In this document: positions 26,456-40,230 of the stretch, piece by piece
Numbering within the stretch: the first letter of the stretch is position 1
Layout of the letters: the number at the start of each line of letters is the position of its first letter
Origin: Amoebidium appalachense
Lineage: Eukaryota > Protista > Ichthyosporea
DNA: 64,000 bases
Assembly: GCA_963693365.1 (NCBI GenBank)
Contig: CAVNZM010000001.1
Coordinates: 6,216,907-6,280,906 of the forward strand
Direction of reading: 5' to 3'
Made by a program: the position numbers and the translations under genes
The notes under the pieces: model-generated
Databases searched by the model: none
Told to the model about the DNA's origin: nothing
Seen by the model: the letters and a program-made list of their open reading frames with translations, nothing else

Positions 26456-27332
26456 GCGTGCGTGTGCATGTACTATTGTGTGAGTGTCTACACACGCATA
26501 ATGTATCTTTCACAAGACAAACTTTTTATCGTGAATTCAGCTTACGTACCTATGAAAACCTATGACCCTATAGTGACATTTCAATTCGTATCCCTTTTGG
26601 GTGGTAGAGACGAGGAAACACAGCCCGTTTCTTAAGAATAAGTGTGTTTTTCTGGTCAAGAATCGTTAAAATCAGGAGCCGACAAGTTTCAACTCTGGAT
26701 AAACAACCAATCACCAAATCAATATGGGCTTGAGTTGCGTTTTAAAAAATGTAATGCATATACACCATGGGGTGTTAAATTTTGTATTTAATTTCGATCG
26801 TGTTAAAAGAGAATGTCTTCTTCTGGAGGTCACATATTGGTGTATGCATGTGCATCTTGAGTGTGTGAGCACGTGGGTATACTAGTAGGTGGGTCGGTGA
26901 GGAAATGGAGGAATAAAAATCGGAAGGGCGGGGTGGGGGGGGGGGAGGGGGGGGGGGGGGGAGACAGATGTCGAAGGGACACGTACCGAGTGATTTATGA
27001 TGTGCTGGGTGACTATCTGTGGTACGTCATTTGGTGTGACGTAGCCATACCAATCTCCAGTCCAGTGAGGGTCGGTGGGTGCTCGTGTGAAGACTAGAAC
27101 ATTGCCTGCATACTTGTGGCCTGCACGTGTATGGTATGTGTGTGTGTGTGTGTGTGTGGGGTGTGTGTGTGTGGGGGGGGGGGGGGGGTTATGTTTGTAT
27201 GCGTGTGGGTCAGTGTGTGTTCCCGTGTTTGTGAAAATGAGCAAAGCACATTGCTAATGCTGTACACCCTCCCTTGAGCACACATGCCCGACCATCACCA
27301 TGGTTGAACGTCGTACATAGAATGCAAGTGGT

Positions 27333-27375
<43 letters not shown>

Positions 27376-27705
27376 AAAAAAAAAAGAAAGAAAAAAGAAA
27401 AAGAAAAGAAAAGAAAAGAAAAGAAGCCAAAATTTGTAGAAGGTCTTTGCTTCCCTTTGAAATAAACGAAAGAAGAAAAGTGATGAATATGGGTAGAAAA
27501 TGGTGATGTAGTGGTGGTGGATGGAGGTGCGGGTGTATGGGAAGTGCCTCCCCCCTCCCCCCCTCTAGTTTCTTCTCTTCTCTCTCCCTCTCCCTCCCTC
27601 CCTCCCTCCCTCCCTCTCTCTCTCCCCTTCTTCTTCTTCTTCTTCTTCTTTTTTTTTTTTTTTTTTTGGGGGGGGGGGGGGGGGGAGGGGGGAGGGGGGG
27701 GGGGG

Positions 27706-27738
<33 letters not shown>

Positions 27739-28706
27739 TCACGCGTGTCGTAACACGGGGAGGAGGGGAGGGGAGGGGGGATGGTGTGTGTGGGCGGGAG
27801 CCATAATATAGTGCCGAAATAAAAACGAAAACTATAAATTGAGAAACACCGTGCACGACCCAGGACACGATGATTGTAGAAGCAAGTGTCTAAATATGCA
27901 ACATAAGCAGCACGTTGTATAAGACAAAAGCGGGAAGGGCAGGGCGGGGGAAGGGGGGGTAGGAGGGTAGAATGTGTTACAAGGTATGAAGTGTATACTC
28001 ATGACGGAAGACACGATGCAGATGTGAAAAAAACAGCACACACCAAAGAATGTGCATCACAATTTAAACCCATGTTCAAGTAGGGGCCCTAGTCATCCCA
28101 GGGGCCGCAGGGAAGGGGGACGTTGCGGTGTGCAGGTGTGTGGGCAGGGGGGGGGGGGGGGGGGGGGGGTTAGGGACGTTTTGGCCATATGCAGGGTCAG
28201 CTAACAAATTAGGAGGACACCGAACAGAGACAAATGGAAAGCAGAAGGGTGCCCCCCTCCCCCTCCCCCCTCCCCCCCCTCCCCTTCCCCCGCAGCTGCC
28301 GCCCCTAGTTTTTCCCCTTCTTTCTTCCTTTCCTTCATTCTTTGTTTCTCTCTCGTACGACTTTGTCTCGTTCTTCGTGCTTTCTTTCTTTCTTTCTTTC
28401 TTTTTTTTTTTTTTTTTTTTTTTTGGGGGGGGGGGGGGGTACATACCACCAACGTGAGAACAAGGCCTCACTGCTACATCCACCCTTCCATGTGCTTCTA
28501 GGATTTTCCGGAACTCGCTCACTAGTGGAGGACCACACGTGCCACACCTCAAATCACGTGATGTGTGGGAACACACAAACACGTGTGCACTTGCATCGGG
28601 AAGGTGTTCTAGAACAACATTCGACAGGGGGGTATAGCTTTGCGTGGGTGCTTCAGGAAGAGATGTGATGGTGGGTGCGACTGTGTTCAGTGAAATACCT
28701 GTGTGC

Positions 28707-28802
<96 letters not shown>

Positions 28803-31315
28803 TCTGTGTGCGCGGGGAAATGGGGCTGGGGGTGAGTGGGGAGTGGACAGGTGGGCTATGTGTTAACAGCATCACACAGAATGAAGCACAATGGCGAAGA
28901 ACATGAACATGGTGTACATATGCAAACACGCACAAGGGGATGACATGCATTACAAATATGCTTTCTTGGCCGGGAAAAAAGGCAGAAGACGTATTCAGAT
29001 CCGTCCAGATACAGCTTCAAGAAAAATTGATCATTACAAGAAAACCTATTATTGGAGGTAGACAGTATGCTGGGGGAGAAGGGCGGGGAGAGGTGGGGAG
29101 GGGCCTGGAGGGGGGGGGGGGGGGGGGGGGGGGGGTACGCCCTTGTGTGCCTGTGTACTTGAGAGTCGGCCGTAAGGTCGGGGGGTGGGGCAGACCAAGG
29201 TTAGGGGGGGGGGGGGGGGTGGGGGGGGAGGGGGGGGGGGGGGGGGGGGGGGGGGTGGGGGAAGCAAAGACACGTACCCTTCAACCTCCACCCATGTGGA
29301 AACACAAGCACATCCCCCTCCCTATCACGGTCACAAGCTTCTGCCCCCGTCACCTTCCACCCCTTTCTTTGCTTTATCAACTTGTGCAAGTCTGATGTAA
29401 GCCCAGGCTGTAATTCCCACTTGCTGGGCCATTTCTCTGATACTCCTCCAATCAGAAAGAGTTGTGCGGTGTGCGCGGGAACAGTGGCTGAAAGGGGCTC
29501 AGAGTGCATTTCTGGTCGGTCGAAACCACATGTGGAGGGGTCGGGCTGTGGGATTGATGTGTGTGAGTGTGTGCAGGTGTGTGTGGGGTGTGGGGAGGGG
29601 TGGGGTGTGTGCGTGGGAGGGGGGGGGGAGGGAGGGGAGGGGAGGGGGTGTGGGGAGAGAGGGGGGGGGGGGGGGGAGGGAGGGGGGAGAAAGGGTGGTA
29701 TGTGTAGATGTGTGTATGTGTGTGTGTGCGCGCGGGGGCATACGCACACGCATGTGGGTGAGTTTGCCTTGGTGCCGAGGGGGGGGGGAGGGGGGAGGGG
29801 GGGGGAGGGGGGGGGGGGGGATGCAATAGGCGGCACACACAAACCGGGAAGAGAGTGGTGGTTGGGTGGTGGTGGTGGGGGGGGGGGGGGGGGGGGGGGG
29901 GGGGGAGGGGGGGGCGGGGGGGTGATGGGTGGCCGGTAGGTGTATGAGAGCAGGAATCTGCAACAGTAGCAATCCACAACAGCAGGAATCCACAACACAA
30001 ATTCCACAAAAGGCAAGAGAAGGGGGCTTTTCCTCACCAATATCACCTTTTTTTGCGAAAGGAGGGAGAGGCGCAGATGTGGATATGATGAAACTTTAGT
30101 GCAGAAGTGCAAAGCACCGGGTGGGGTGGGGGTGGGGGGGGGGGGGGGGGGGGGACAATGAAACAACAAGTAGAAGTGTACGCCCCGGCGAAGGGCGGGG
30201 GGTGGGGGGGGGTGGGGGGGGGTGGGGGGAGGGGGGGGGGGGGGGGAGGGGGGGGGGAGCAGGAAGGGGTACGAGAATCTGATGCCGTTCTATTACGATT
30301 TATTAATCTAAATAAAAAAATCATAAAAGATAAAAAAATTAAAAATGGCCAGGAGTGTAAAGAAAAAGTAACCGTTCCAGACAACATAAGTTAGATCTCG
30401 GTAGGTTGAGGAGCAATCGTGCTGTGTGCTGGGGTGATGCCCGTGTGCCCTTTCGTTTTTGTGTTTGTTTGTAGATACGGACGGTAAGTACAAGTGTGAG
30501 AAGAAAACAGGGGTCAAGTTTGCAAGGCGAGAAAGTGGGGGAAGCAAGGGGAGGGGGGGGGGGGGGGAAGGGGGAGGGTGGGGAGGGGGGAAGGGGTTGA
30601 GGAGGGAGGAAAGGAGGCAAAAGGAGCCTGTGTGTTGGCCCATGTGAGCGTGCAACATATTGCAACATGCTTCACGCTATGCCATACCCATGCACCATCT
30701 CAGGGCACGCAATGATGCTTCAAGTTGTGCTAGCCAGCATGTGCATGGGTGTGTGTGTGTGTTTTTTCATATTATGTTTTGTGATGTGTTTCTGTGTGTT
30801 AGGCTGTGTGCGTGTGTGCGTGCGTGCATATGAACGTGTGTATTTCTGTGTGTGTGCGCGCGCGTCCGTGTACCCGTGTGTGTGCCCTTTCATGCGTGCG
30901 TGTATGTGCCCTGGGGTATTATGCGTGGCCTGACGCTATAAGCAGTCTGAAGTATCAGCAATTGAAGGAGTGAAGTGCACGTGTGTGTAGCAATCACATA
31001 CCATCGTGTTTTCTAACTCACTAGATCCAGCAATTGTGTGCGCGCGCATAAGTACGTATAATCTTTGCCTGTATGCATTAGCAGTCAACAGTTCGACTTC
31101 AATGCCATACTCACAGTATCATCTCGGGCCGTAGCCGTGCTTGCGTGTGTATGTTGTGCTCGTAACCGTGTCCGGGTCTGCGCGCACCTCCTCACCTGTG
31201 TTTTCATTGAAGCACCACTCATCCACCTCCTAGCGGTGTTTGTAGTTGTATCCACCAGCTGTCTTGCCAATGGTTTGTTCACGCAGCTCAGTTGAACGGC
31301 GACACGAGCTGCCAT
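26118..31315 (-). CDS. Apd1/Aim32-like (sucrase/ferredoxin-like) [2Fe-2S] thioredoxin-like ferredoxin, paralog A, predicted mitochondrial (~284 aa)
   Basis: Exons 31315-31196 (in-frame upstream ATGs at 31333 and 31345 are possible), 29545-29278, 28698-28447, 27120-26987, 26198-26118. Motifs VFVCSHTSRDLRCG, CSHVGGHKYAGN, GDWYGYV, LWRGRLG. The N-terminus is Arg/Ala/Ser/Thr-rich (..TARRWMS). The last acceptor reads CG instead of AG in this assembly. Confidence 0.88.
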
Positions 31316-31345
31316 ATTCACGGAAACGCTCATGCTCAAAGCCAT

Positions 31346-31819
31346 GTTGTGAGCAGGGTGCGAATGTCTGCTGGGTCCAGTGGGGTACCCCTTTGTGCCA
31401 AAAATCACGGGGCTACCAAAAATGGTATAAAAAATGGTACTAAGCAGTGGTAAATCCTTTACGCCATGCACGGTAAATCCTTTACGCCATGCATGTTCTT
31501 GATGCTTGATCAAGCATCAAGAACAGCGGGCTTGTTTGACCTTCGGACTGCGGCCGCAGATCGACCGCTCTCTATTACATAACCGTCACGTGACAATTTC
31601 ACGAACCTATTGGGTAACCAAAAAACATCAACAACCATAATAGGTTATAAAAACAAGAGGATTACTCCTATTGATTGAATATCACGCAAGCAGTTTGTGC
31701 TGTTTCTCTTGAATAGGTTCAAGCACCAACCACACCTCTGTGTGTATTGTACACTTTTAGTTTTCTGGGCCCCTTAGAAACGCCTTCATTCCTTGTACGT
31801 TATAAGCAGCATAAGCAAG
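31346..31819. promoter_or_regulatory. Putative bidirectional promoter between the two ferredoxin-like paralogs
   Basis: ~500 bp between divergent ATGs. Contains a 22-bp direct repeat (31449-31470, 31472-31493), a perfect 32-bp palindrome (31494-31525) and a palindromic E-box GTCACGTGAC (31585-31594). Confidence 0.6.
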
Positions 31820-33221
31820 ATGGAGCGTAAAACTGTGACCCTGGCTGCTGCGGCCGTAGTTGCCTGTTTGGGGCTGTATGCGTTGTGGAGAAGGGGGAGC
31901 GGGCCTGGGACCAAAGAAACGAAAAACAAGCAGGTGGGTGGGTGGGATGGGATGTTTTCTTGTGAGAATGTTTTAGGTAGCTAACGTGGGAAGAGCAAGC
32001 GTTCTCATGGAAAGTGACAGCTCAATCTAAGTGACCAGCAATGCTTGCGATATGAGAGGGCGTTCACATGGTGGATAGACGAGGAGTGGTAGGTGTGCTT
32101 GTGTGCCCATGTTTGTGCATGTGTACGGAGACGGCCATCGGTGGTGGTGGTGGTGGTATGATGTGGGAGGGAAGGGGATGAGGGGGAGGGAGGAGGAAGG
32201 GGGGAGGAGGGGGGCGGGGGGGGGAAGAAGGTGGGTAGGTTTATGGATGGGAAGGAAGGAGAGGACCAGCGCATCTCTGGGCTCTAAAGCCGTTGTGCCT
32301 TTCCTCTTGTAGCTAAAGAAATTCCCTGTTCCCGGGATCCTCTGGCAAATTTCTTGTTGTTGTCTGCTTTTCACTCTTTAGCCCTGTCACACTGCCAGAA
32401 TTCCACCCTGAACACGGCTTTCCCGGCCTTCTCTCCTGCTCTATTCTTTCACCCGCATTGATGCGCCAAATAAGGGCAACCTGCTTGCCAGCCCCATCCA
32501 CCTCCTTCCATCCCCGAACTCCCCCCTCTGAATCACCCCCTCCCCCCCCCCCCCCCCCCCCCCCCCTTCATCCCCACTCCACCCTATCCCAACCCCCTTT
32601 CGTCCGTTATGCACATGACTACCACAACACGTCCTCCTTGACCTGTTTCTGGTCGAGCATAGAACCTCCCCCCATCCCCTCACCTTTCCCCCCCTGCTGT
32701 CACCTGCACATGTTCACCCCATTTTCTTTACCATTCTCTATCCCCTCTTATCTCTCCATCCTTTCAATGCCCACCACTCCCTCACACACACCATCTCTTC
32801 TCCCCCCGTGCAGGCTCCTGCACCCTCAGCAGCGTCCCAACCCTCCTGCGAAGATGCAAAGCTGGATCAAGAAATCGGCTTCACACGTTCTGAAATGCAC
32901 ACGCAGCAACTGGTTGGGACAGTGAATCCGTACACACGGCATGTTTTTGTAATCACCAACGAGCAAGCAGACACGTGGCCGAGCAAGTGGGAGGAGAGCG
33001 AAGGTTTGCCGTCACTTCTGGCTGAGAAACTGAAAGAGAGGAAGAAGGAGGCGGGGAAAGTTAAGCTGACGGCGGCGGTTGCAACAGGGGAAGATCAGGC
33101 TGGAGATGTGCTGATGTTTCCCGAAGGATTGAGGATTAGAGGTACGGTGTCTGTGTATGTGGGGGGTTGGGGGGTGGGGGGGGAGGGGGAGGGGGTGGGG
33201 GGGGGGGGGGGGGGGGGAGGA

Positions 33222-33285
<64 letters not shown>

Positions 33286-33584
33286 TTGTATGTGTGTGTG
33301 TTTGTCTGTGTCTGGTTGGGAGAGGGGTGGGGGGAGGGGAGGGCGGGCGGGCGGGGGGGGGGGGGGGGGGGGGGGAGGGGGGGGGGGGGGGGGGGGGGGG
33401 GGGCTTTGATACGGATCAAGGACATTTCTCGGTGGGTTATAACACAGATTTTCTTTTTTAGTTTGCTTGTTTTCTTGTTGGTCTCGCTGCAGTTAATTTT
33501 CAGGTTTGTTTCCTGTTGCTTTTTCGTGAACGAAAGAAGCCCAGGCCGATGAGTGGGTTGGCGGGGGAGGGAGGGAGGGTGGGT

Positions 33585-33622
<38 letters not shown>

Positions 33623-34001
33623 GGGGAGGGGCAAGCGGGGACAGGGGGAGGGGGGAGGCGGGGGGGATGATACCAGTGCTGAAGAAACAGCAGCAAGGGA
33701 AGAATATAGTTTTGCAAATTAGCAAGAATAGGCAGGCATGATATCAGTAGCTACATTTATTATGTATGCCACAAACTATGGAGCAAAAACACACCCGTAC
33801 CCCGCCTGCTTATCCTCTCTCCTCCTTTTGTTTCTCTTTTTCTCTTTCCACCCTTCTCTCCATGCAGTACGCCCCCATCTTAACCTTACCTTGCACACAA
33901 ATATACACACACATGCACACACACACACACAGACACACACACACGCACATGTACATATGCACACACACACACATGTGCACACACACACACACACTTTCAC
34001 A

Positions 34002-34090
<89 letters not shown>

Positions 34091-34973
34091 ACACACGCAC
34101 ACAACACAGGTCTTGCACCTTCTACCATCGACTCCTTCATCACCGAATACATGGCTGGAGGCAGAAAAGACAGTGTGGGTCCCTTTACCACCCAACCTCT
34201 CTCCGATCCCCGTTCCGTCTTTGTTTGTTCTCACACAAACAGAGACAAGCGGTGTGGATACATGGGCCCCAAGTTGATTGATTCGTTCAGAGAGTGTTTG
34301 GAGAAGGAGGGGCTGGGAAGTATTACCGTCAGAGCGTGTTCACATGTGGGAGGTAGATGTCTCCCCCCCCCCCCCCCCCCCCCCACCTCCCTCCCCTTGC
34401 CCCCCCTCTCCCCTTCTCCCCCCCCCCCCCCCCCCCCCCCCCCCCACAAACACACCCACACACAAGGCTACCCCTCACCCAACCCTTTACAACACCTACC
34501 CATATCCAAATCATCACCCGCTTTTACCTCACGTACACAGTTGCATGCCCATATGATGCTGTGAGCACGTATGCACAGGCACAAAGCACACGGCCTTCAC
34601 GATGTCACGGAGATGAAAATATACTCACACAGTGTCATTTTTCCCTTTCTGCTGCCCTCCCCCCCCCCCCCCCCCCCCCCCCCAATGATAAAACGTAATA
34701 AAATAAAATAGTTAGTAGATGAAACGTATAGGAAATAAAAGGAAAGAAAAGAAAACACAGTTTCCCCTACCTTATAGCCCCCCGACCAGCCCACCCCACC
34801 ATTCATATGCCAACCTGACCACCTACACCACCACTCTTTCAGCTCTAATCACAGCCAACCACACACAATGAAAAAAAGTGAGTTCTGGCAATCAGCAGAA
34901 CGTCTATCCTCCCCACTTGTCTTCCCCGTTCCCCCACCCCCTCCCCGGGGAGGCTCCCCTCCCTCCCCTCCCC

Positions 34974-35028
<55 letters not shown>

Positions 35029-35379
35029 GTAAAGAAAAGAAAAGAAACTCGGGGAACGGGTGTGTGCGTGTGGGTGTGTTTCTTTTGGGGGGGAGGGGGG
35101 GGGGGGGGGTTAGCGAGAGGGAGAGTGGGCAGGGGGAGGAGGAGGGGAGGGGGGGGGGGGGGGGACAAGAGAGAGATTGTGTGTGTGCGAGTGCCCCCCC
35201 CCCCTCCCCTCCATCCCCCCCGGAAAAAAAATTAAGGGGGGGGGGGGGGGGGGGGGGGGGGGGACCCAGGTTCCCTTCGCGTCTTTTTGACCGGTGTCCT
35301 CATTTAGAACTGTTCCCTGCTTTCCTCACTCCTGACCTCCCTCTATACTGCTTCGGCAAACCCTGTACCAACAACGCGT

Positions 35380-35440
<61 letters not shown>

Positions 35441-35700
35441 CACACACACAGGCCACGTGTATGCCGGCAACGTTATAGTCTACAGCACGCGCACCCCCAG
35501 CAATACTCTTGGGGGTGACTGGTATGGCTATGTTGACCCCAGTGGCGCCCAGGAAATTGTCTCCCAGCACATCAAAAACGGAAAGGTATACACCTTCTCC
35601 CCCCCCCCCCCCCTCCCCCCCCCCCACCACCACCACTCAAAACATGCACAAACGAACGTACATGCACGAACGTACATGCACACATGCATGCGCGCGCGCA

Positions 35701-35791
<91 letters not shown>

Positions 35792-35866
35792 AGTGCAAAC
35801 ACCCACGCAAACGACACATTCTCTGATCGATGCGGCTTTGCGTGCATTATATTTGGGTTTTTTTTT

Positions 35867-35900
<34 letters not shown>

Positions 35901-35945
35901 ATCGTGGTGGTGTGTGTTTGTGTGTGGTGGTGGCGGTGGTGGCGG

Positions 35946-35984
<39 letters not shown>

Positions 35985-36426
35985 TTCTGGTTCGTTTCAG
36001 AAACCTTGTGTGGAAACGTGTGGTGTAAGCCCCATGGATTCTGAAATCAGAAATGAGTTGCATGCAAGCGATTGAGTGGGTGTGTTAAATCGACCAAATG
36101 TAGTAAGGAGGAGAGGGTCATGTGCATGTTTGTGTGTGTGTTGTCTTCATGCATGTGTGTGTACATCTTCTTAATACATGTACAAAGAACTATGTATTCA
36201 CGTGCGCCAATTGCTAGATGACGCTGGCACGTGTATGCATGTAGGAAGGTAACAGCACGTGCACTAACTCTTCTGGAATATTCCCTGGTGTGCACGTGAG
36301 CAGGTTGTGCTCCGGCTGTGGAGGGGTGGAATGGGGCTGAGCGAGGAGCAGCAGGTTGATTGGTGGAAGGAGGAGTGTGCTCAAAGCGGATTGGACTGCG
36401 CAAAGTGCCAATGTGTGAAGGCGTAA
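31820..36426 (+). CDS. Apd1/Aim32-like (sucrase/ferredoxin-like) [2Fe-2S] thioredoxin-like ferredoxin, paralog B, with N-terminal signal-anchor (~313 aa)
   Basis: Exons 31820-31933, 32814-33141, 34110-34352, 35452-35585, 36304-36426, all GT-AG and phase-compatible. Motifs VFVCSHTNRDKRCG, CSHVGGHVYAGN, GDWYGYV, LWRGGMG. N-terminus VTLAAAAVVACLGLYALWRR; C-terminus DCAKCQCVKA. Confidence 0.9.
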
Positions 36427-37494
36427 ATGGACTCTTGCTTTGTTTTTCCCTGTTTTTTTTTTTTGGGGGGGGGGGGAGGGGGGGGGGGGGGGGGAGGTCT
36501 TGTGTTTCAGTGTTCCCACTCTTATGTTGGTGACTGGTGGCGGTGTTTTGTGTGTGTATGTTTTGTGTGTGCATGTGTTTTCGGGGGCCCCGGAGAGGGG
36601 GGTTTGTTTTTCGGCCAGTACATAGGATATCGATATGTAAATAAAGAGGTCGAAAGAAAGGCTCTGATGATGTGGGTGGACATGTTTTCTCGTGTGTGCG
36701 TTGTGGCGGTGGTGGTGTCTGATAGTGCTAAAAATGGGGACTGGTTTGGCTGAGAATGATATAGGCGATGATTGGTGGTTGGGTTTAGAACTGAGTTGAA
36801 TATAGTGTGTAGTGATTTAGAATTTGTAAGCAGTCATGTGTATATGAATCATGGATGTGTATATGCCTTTTTTGGTCACATATCCCCTGAGGATGGGCCC
36901 TGCTTATGATGCATATTTATTTGCGTGCATTACAACACGGCCGTGAATATCTTCTTTTTCTTCTTTTTTTTGTTGTTGTTCGCCGAGAACGTGTAATTTG
37001 TGCTATGTAACACACACCTGCCAAGATTGTGTATGTTTGTCTTTTTGATTTGCAGCTGGTCTGCCGATGGCTTTGAGATAGATTAACCATATATGGATAA
37101 CATTTTGTTGCCCATTGCTATTACGGTCAGGTTTAATCCAAGCCTGAGTATACGTACCCCCCCTCCCCCCTCCCTATTTCACACACACCCACACACCCAC
37201 CTACACACACCTACACACTCACCCACCAACACACACCCACACACGTGCGCGCGCATACAAAAAACAAACAAGCAAAAAGAAAAAAGGTGTGTGTGTGGGG
37301 GGGGGGGGATAAGAAACAAAAATGCAGAAGAAGGGGGGGGGGGAAGAAATGGCATGAATCATTAGCAACACACACACACACACACAGACACACACACAGA
37401 GAGAGAGAGAGAGAGGGGGGTGGGGGGGAGAAAGAGAGAGAGTGAAAGGGAGGGAGAGGGGGGGGGGGGGGGGCTGGACGCGCGCGCATGCACA

Positions 37495-37527
<33 letters not shown>

Positions 37528-37539
37528 TGAGACTGGACA

Positions 37540-37579
<40 letters not shown>

Positions 37580-37682
37580 TGTGTGACGGCGTGTGTGTGT
37601 TTGTGTGTGTGTGTGGATGCCAGCATGTGTTCAAACTTGTTTGATTGTTGTTGTTTCAAAATTTGGTTTCGGTTTTTTTTTT

Positions 37683-37713
<31 letters not shown>

Positions 37714-37807
37714 GGGGGAAGGTGATGGTGGATTGTGGCAGACCGGGCCTGGAGTGAGGTGACTGGCGTGGGTGGGTTGCTGGATGCCGCTCAAATGAGT
37801 GGACGGT

Positions 37808-37868
<61 letters not shown>

Positions 37869-38775
37869 ATGTGTGTGTGTGTGTGTGGCCCTGTGTGTGC
37901 GTGGGGGGGGGGGGGGGGGGGGGGGGGTCCGTATCTTGATAAGCTGCATCATTGAAAAAGGTTCCGGTAACGGCATGCATGTGCTGCGGTTGTGGTACAG
38001 GTGTATACCTGTGCATACATCTGTGTACGGATATATCATGTGCGGGCATGCACTGTGTCCAACACTATGCACCACAGTGTCACCAGTGATGACTCCTCCA
38101 ACGCAGACGAGATGAGTCTGAGAGTACCATGTCTGGCACCCCGTTTTTAAGCGTGACGTACACGTTCACTGCTGTGTGGGCTCGTTTTGGGGGCCGGGAG
38201 GGCGGCAGCCAGGGGGGGGGGGGGGGGGGGGGGGGGGGGGAAGGCGAAGGCGGAAAGAGGGGGCCGGTGTTTTTGGGGGGAGGGGCGAGGGGGATTCGGG
38301 GTGGGGTGGGGGGGGAATGGCCTGATGCGTCTTGGACTAGTCGGCAAACCACATGTGTAGTGAATATGTTTGTGGCACACGCGTACGGGCATGCACAGCG
38401 CACCGGGCCACATGTGCACACACCACTCACACACGGTAATTTACCATCCCAGCTCCCCAAGCCCTTCACTCTATAGCTAGCTTAAACCTCACGTTCTCCC
38501 TTTTCCTCTCCTCCAGATCTCCCAGCCACCACCCCTCTACCGGAAACTCGCCAAGCTGCAAACCACCATCGACGACGTCGACTCCACGTGCACTCAAGTG
38601 CAGCTCGAGCTCTTTCTAACCAGTGTGACTTTTTCAATGAATTTTGGGGTGCCAGTGATGCATATGTTCGTGATCACCGTGCCGGGGCAGGGGCCGAAGG
38701 GGGTGAAGGTTGACACCTCCCCCCCCCTCCCCCCCTCCCCCCCCCCCCCCTCCCCCCCCCTCCCCCCCCTCCCCC

Positions 38776-38807
<32 letters not shown>

Positions 38808-39783
38808 TTTGGCACATGTGGGAGGGAGAGGGGTGGGGGGGGAAGGGGGGGGGGGGGGGGAGGGGGGGGGAGGTTAAGGAGTTCAAATTGGGCCCAGCAT
38901 CCAAATTCTTCACTGGGGAGACTCGAAACTATTCTTGCAAAGTGTATGCGCATCCCATTCGTACCTTAACGATTACCACTCGCGCCTACTAGGATAGGGG
39001 TTTATGTACACTGCCAAGGCTTTTCTTTCGTTTCTTTCTCGATCAACCTATTATCTTTTCTTTCCTGAGCGGCTGATTTTGTTGTATGTGTGCGGATCAT
39101 GTGTGGCTGTGTGTGGGCATGGCAGTAGTGTAATCTGAGCTCTATGTTGGCGTTTCATGGTGTGACGTCATTTTAACGCCATAAAGACTTCAGGCTGTAA
39201 GGTAGGTTTTGTCTATATATGGTGCTACCTACCAACCTTCATTGTGTAGAAATTGCGCGACATACTGTACAACAAAATCCTAGAGAAAAATGGGAATAGA
39301 CGTTAATCCAGTATGTGTGTGTAGATGATGTGGGTGAGTATCACGGGGTGTCTGGGCGAGACGGGTGGTTGAGCACGTGTGTGCGTGCGTGTGTGTGCGT
39401 GTGTTGGGGTGGTGGTGGTAGGGCGGGGGGGGGGGGGGGGGGGGGGGGGGGGGAAGGAAGGTACACACATGAACAAGAACCGCGACGGCGATGTTTGTTG
39501 TGTGTGTGTGTGTGTGTATGTGTGTATGTGTGTGTTGTGGGGAGGGTTTGTAATGACCGTTTGGGGGAAGGGGGGGGGAGGGGGAGGGGGGAAGGGTCTG
39601 TGTGTGTGCAAGCTTATTAGTGTTCTGTGTGCGCATGTGTTTGTGTCTGTGTATGTGACGTGTGTGCATATTTGTGTGCAGTGTGCGACGGGTGATAGTA
39701 GTAGCGATGCACTTGTGGTAGTGATGCATGTGTATGTGTGTGTGTGCGCCCGTGCATGTATTGTGTGTGTGTGTGTGTGTGGA

Positions 39784-39822
<39 letters not shown>

Positions 39823-40137
39823 GGGGGAGGGGGGCCTGCGTTTAGCGCTTGCACAGCACCCAGTCGGTGAAATTTTGCCGGTGTCTGTGTCATGCTCGTA
39901 CATGAAGGTGAAGGTGCGTAGTTATACTAAGGCTTCGCATATTTTTCCATGTGGGTGTTGCTGCCACAAGCATGTAGGTGCTGTGTGTTTGTGGATGTGC
40001 TCGTGCTTGTGTTTGTGTGTGTGGTCGTGCAAGAGTGTGCATGTCCTTGTGTGTGAATCCGTATGCATGATTATGCGGCCGTCCCTCAGACTTGGGTACA
40101 GCCAATAATCTTCACAGATTTGTGCACGAGCTTTAAG

Positions 40138-40177
<40 letters not shown>

Positions 40178-40185
40178 CGCGCGCG

Positions 40186-40230
<45 letters not shown>

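Noticed and set aside
27660-27740. Long G/C homopolymer runs throughout as G-quadruplex signals
   Set aside because: Ubiquitous in this window and their lengths are unreliable in assemblies; no specific arrangement can be supported.
38517-38712. Possible exon after CCTCCAG, between paralog B and DEGS1
   Set aside because: Open in more than one frame, but no recognisable protein and no convincing partner exons.
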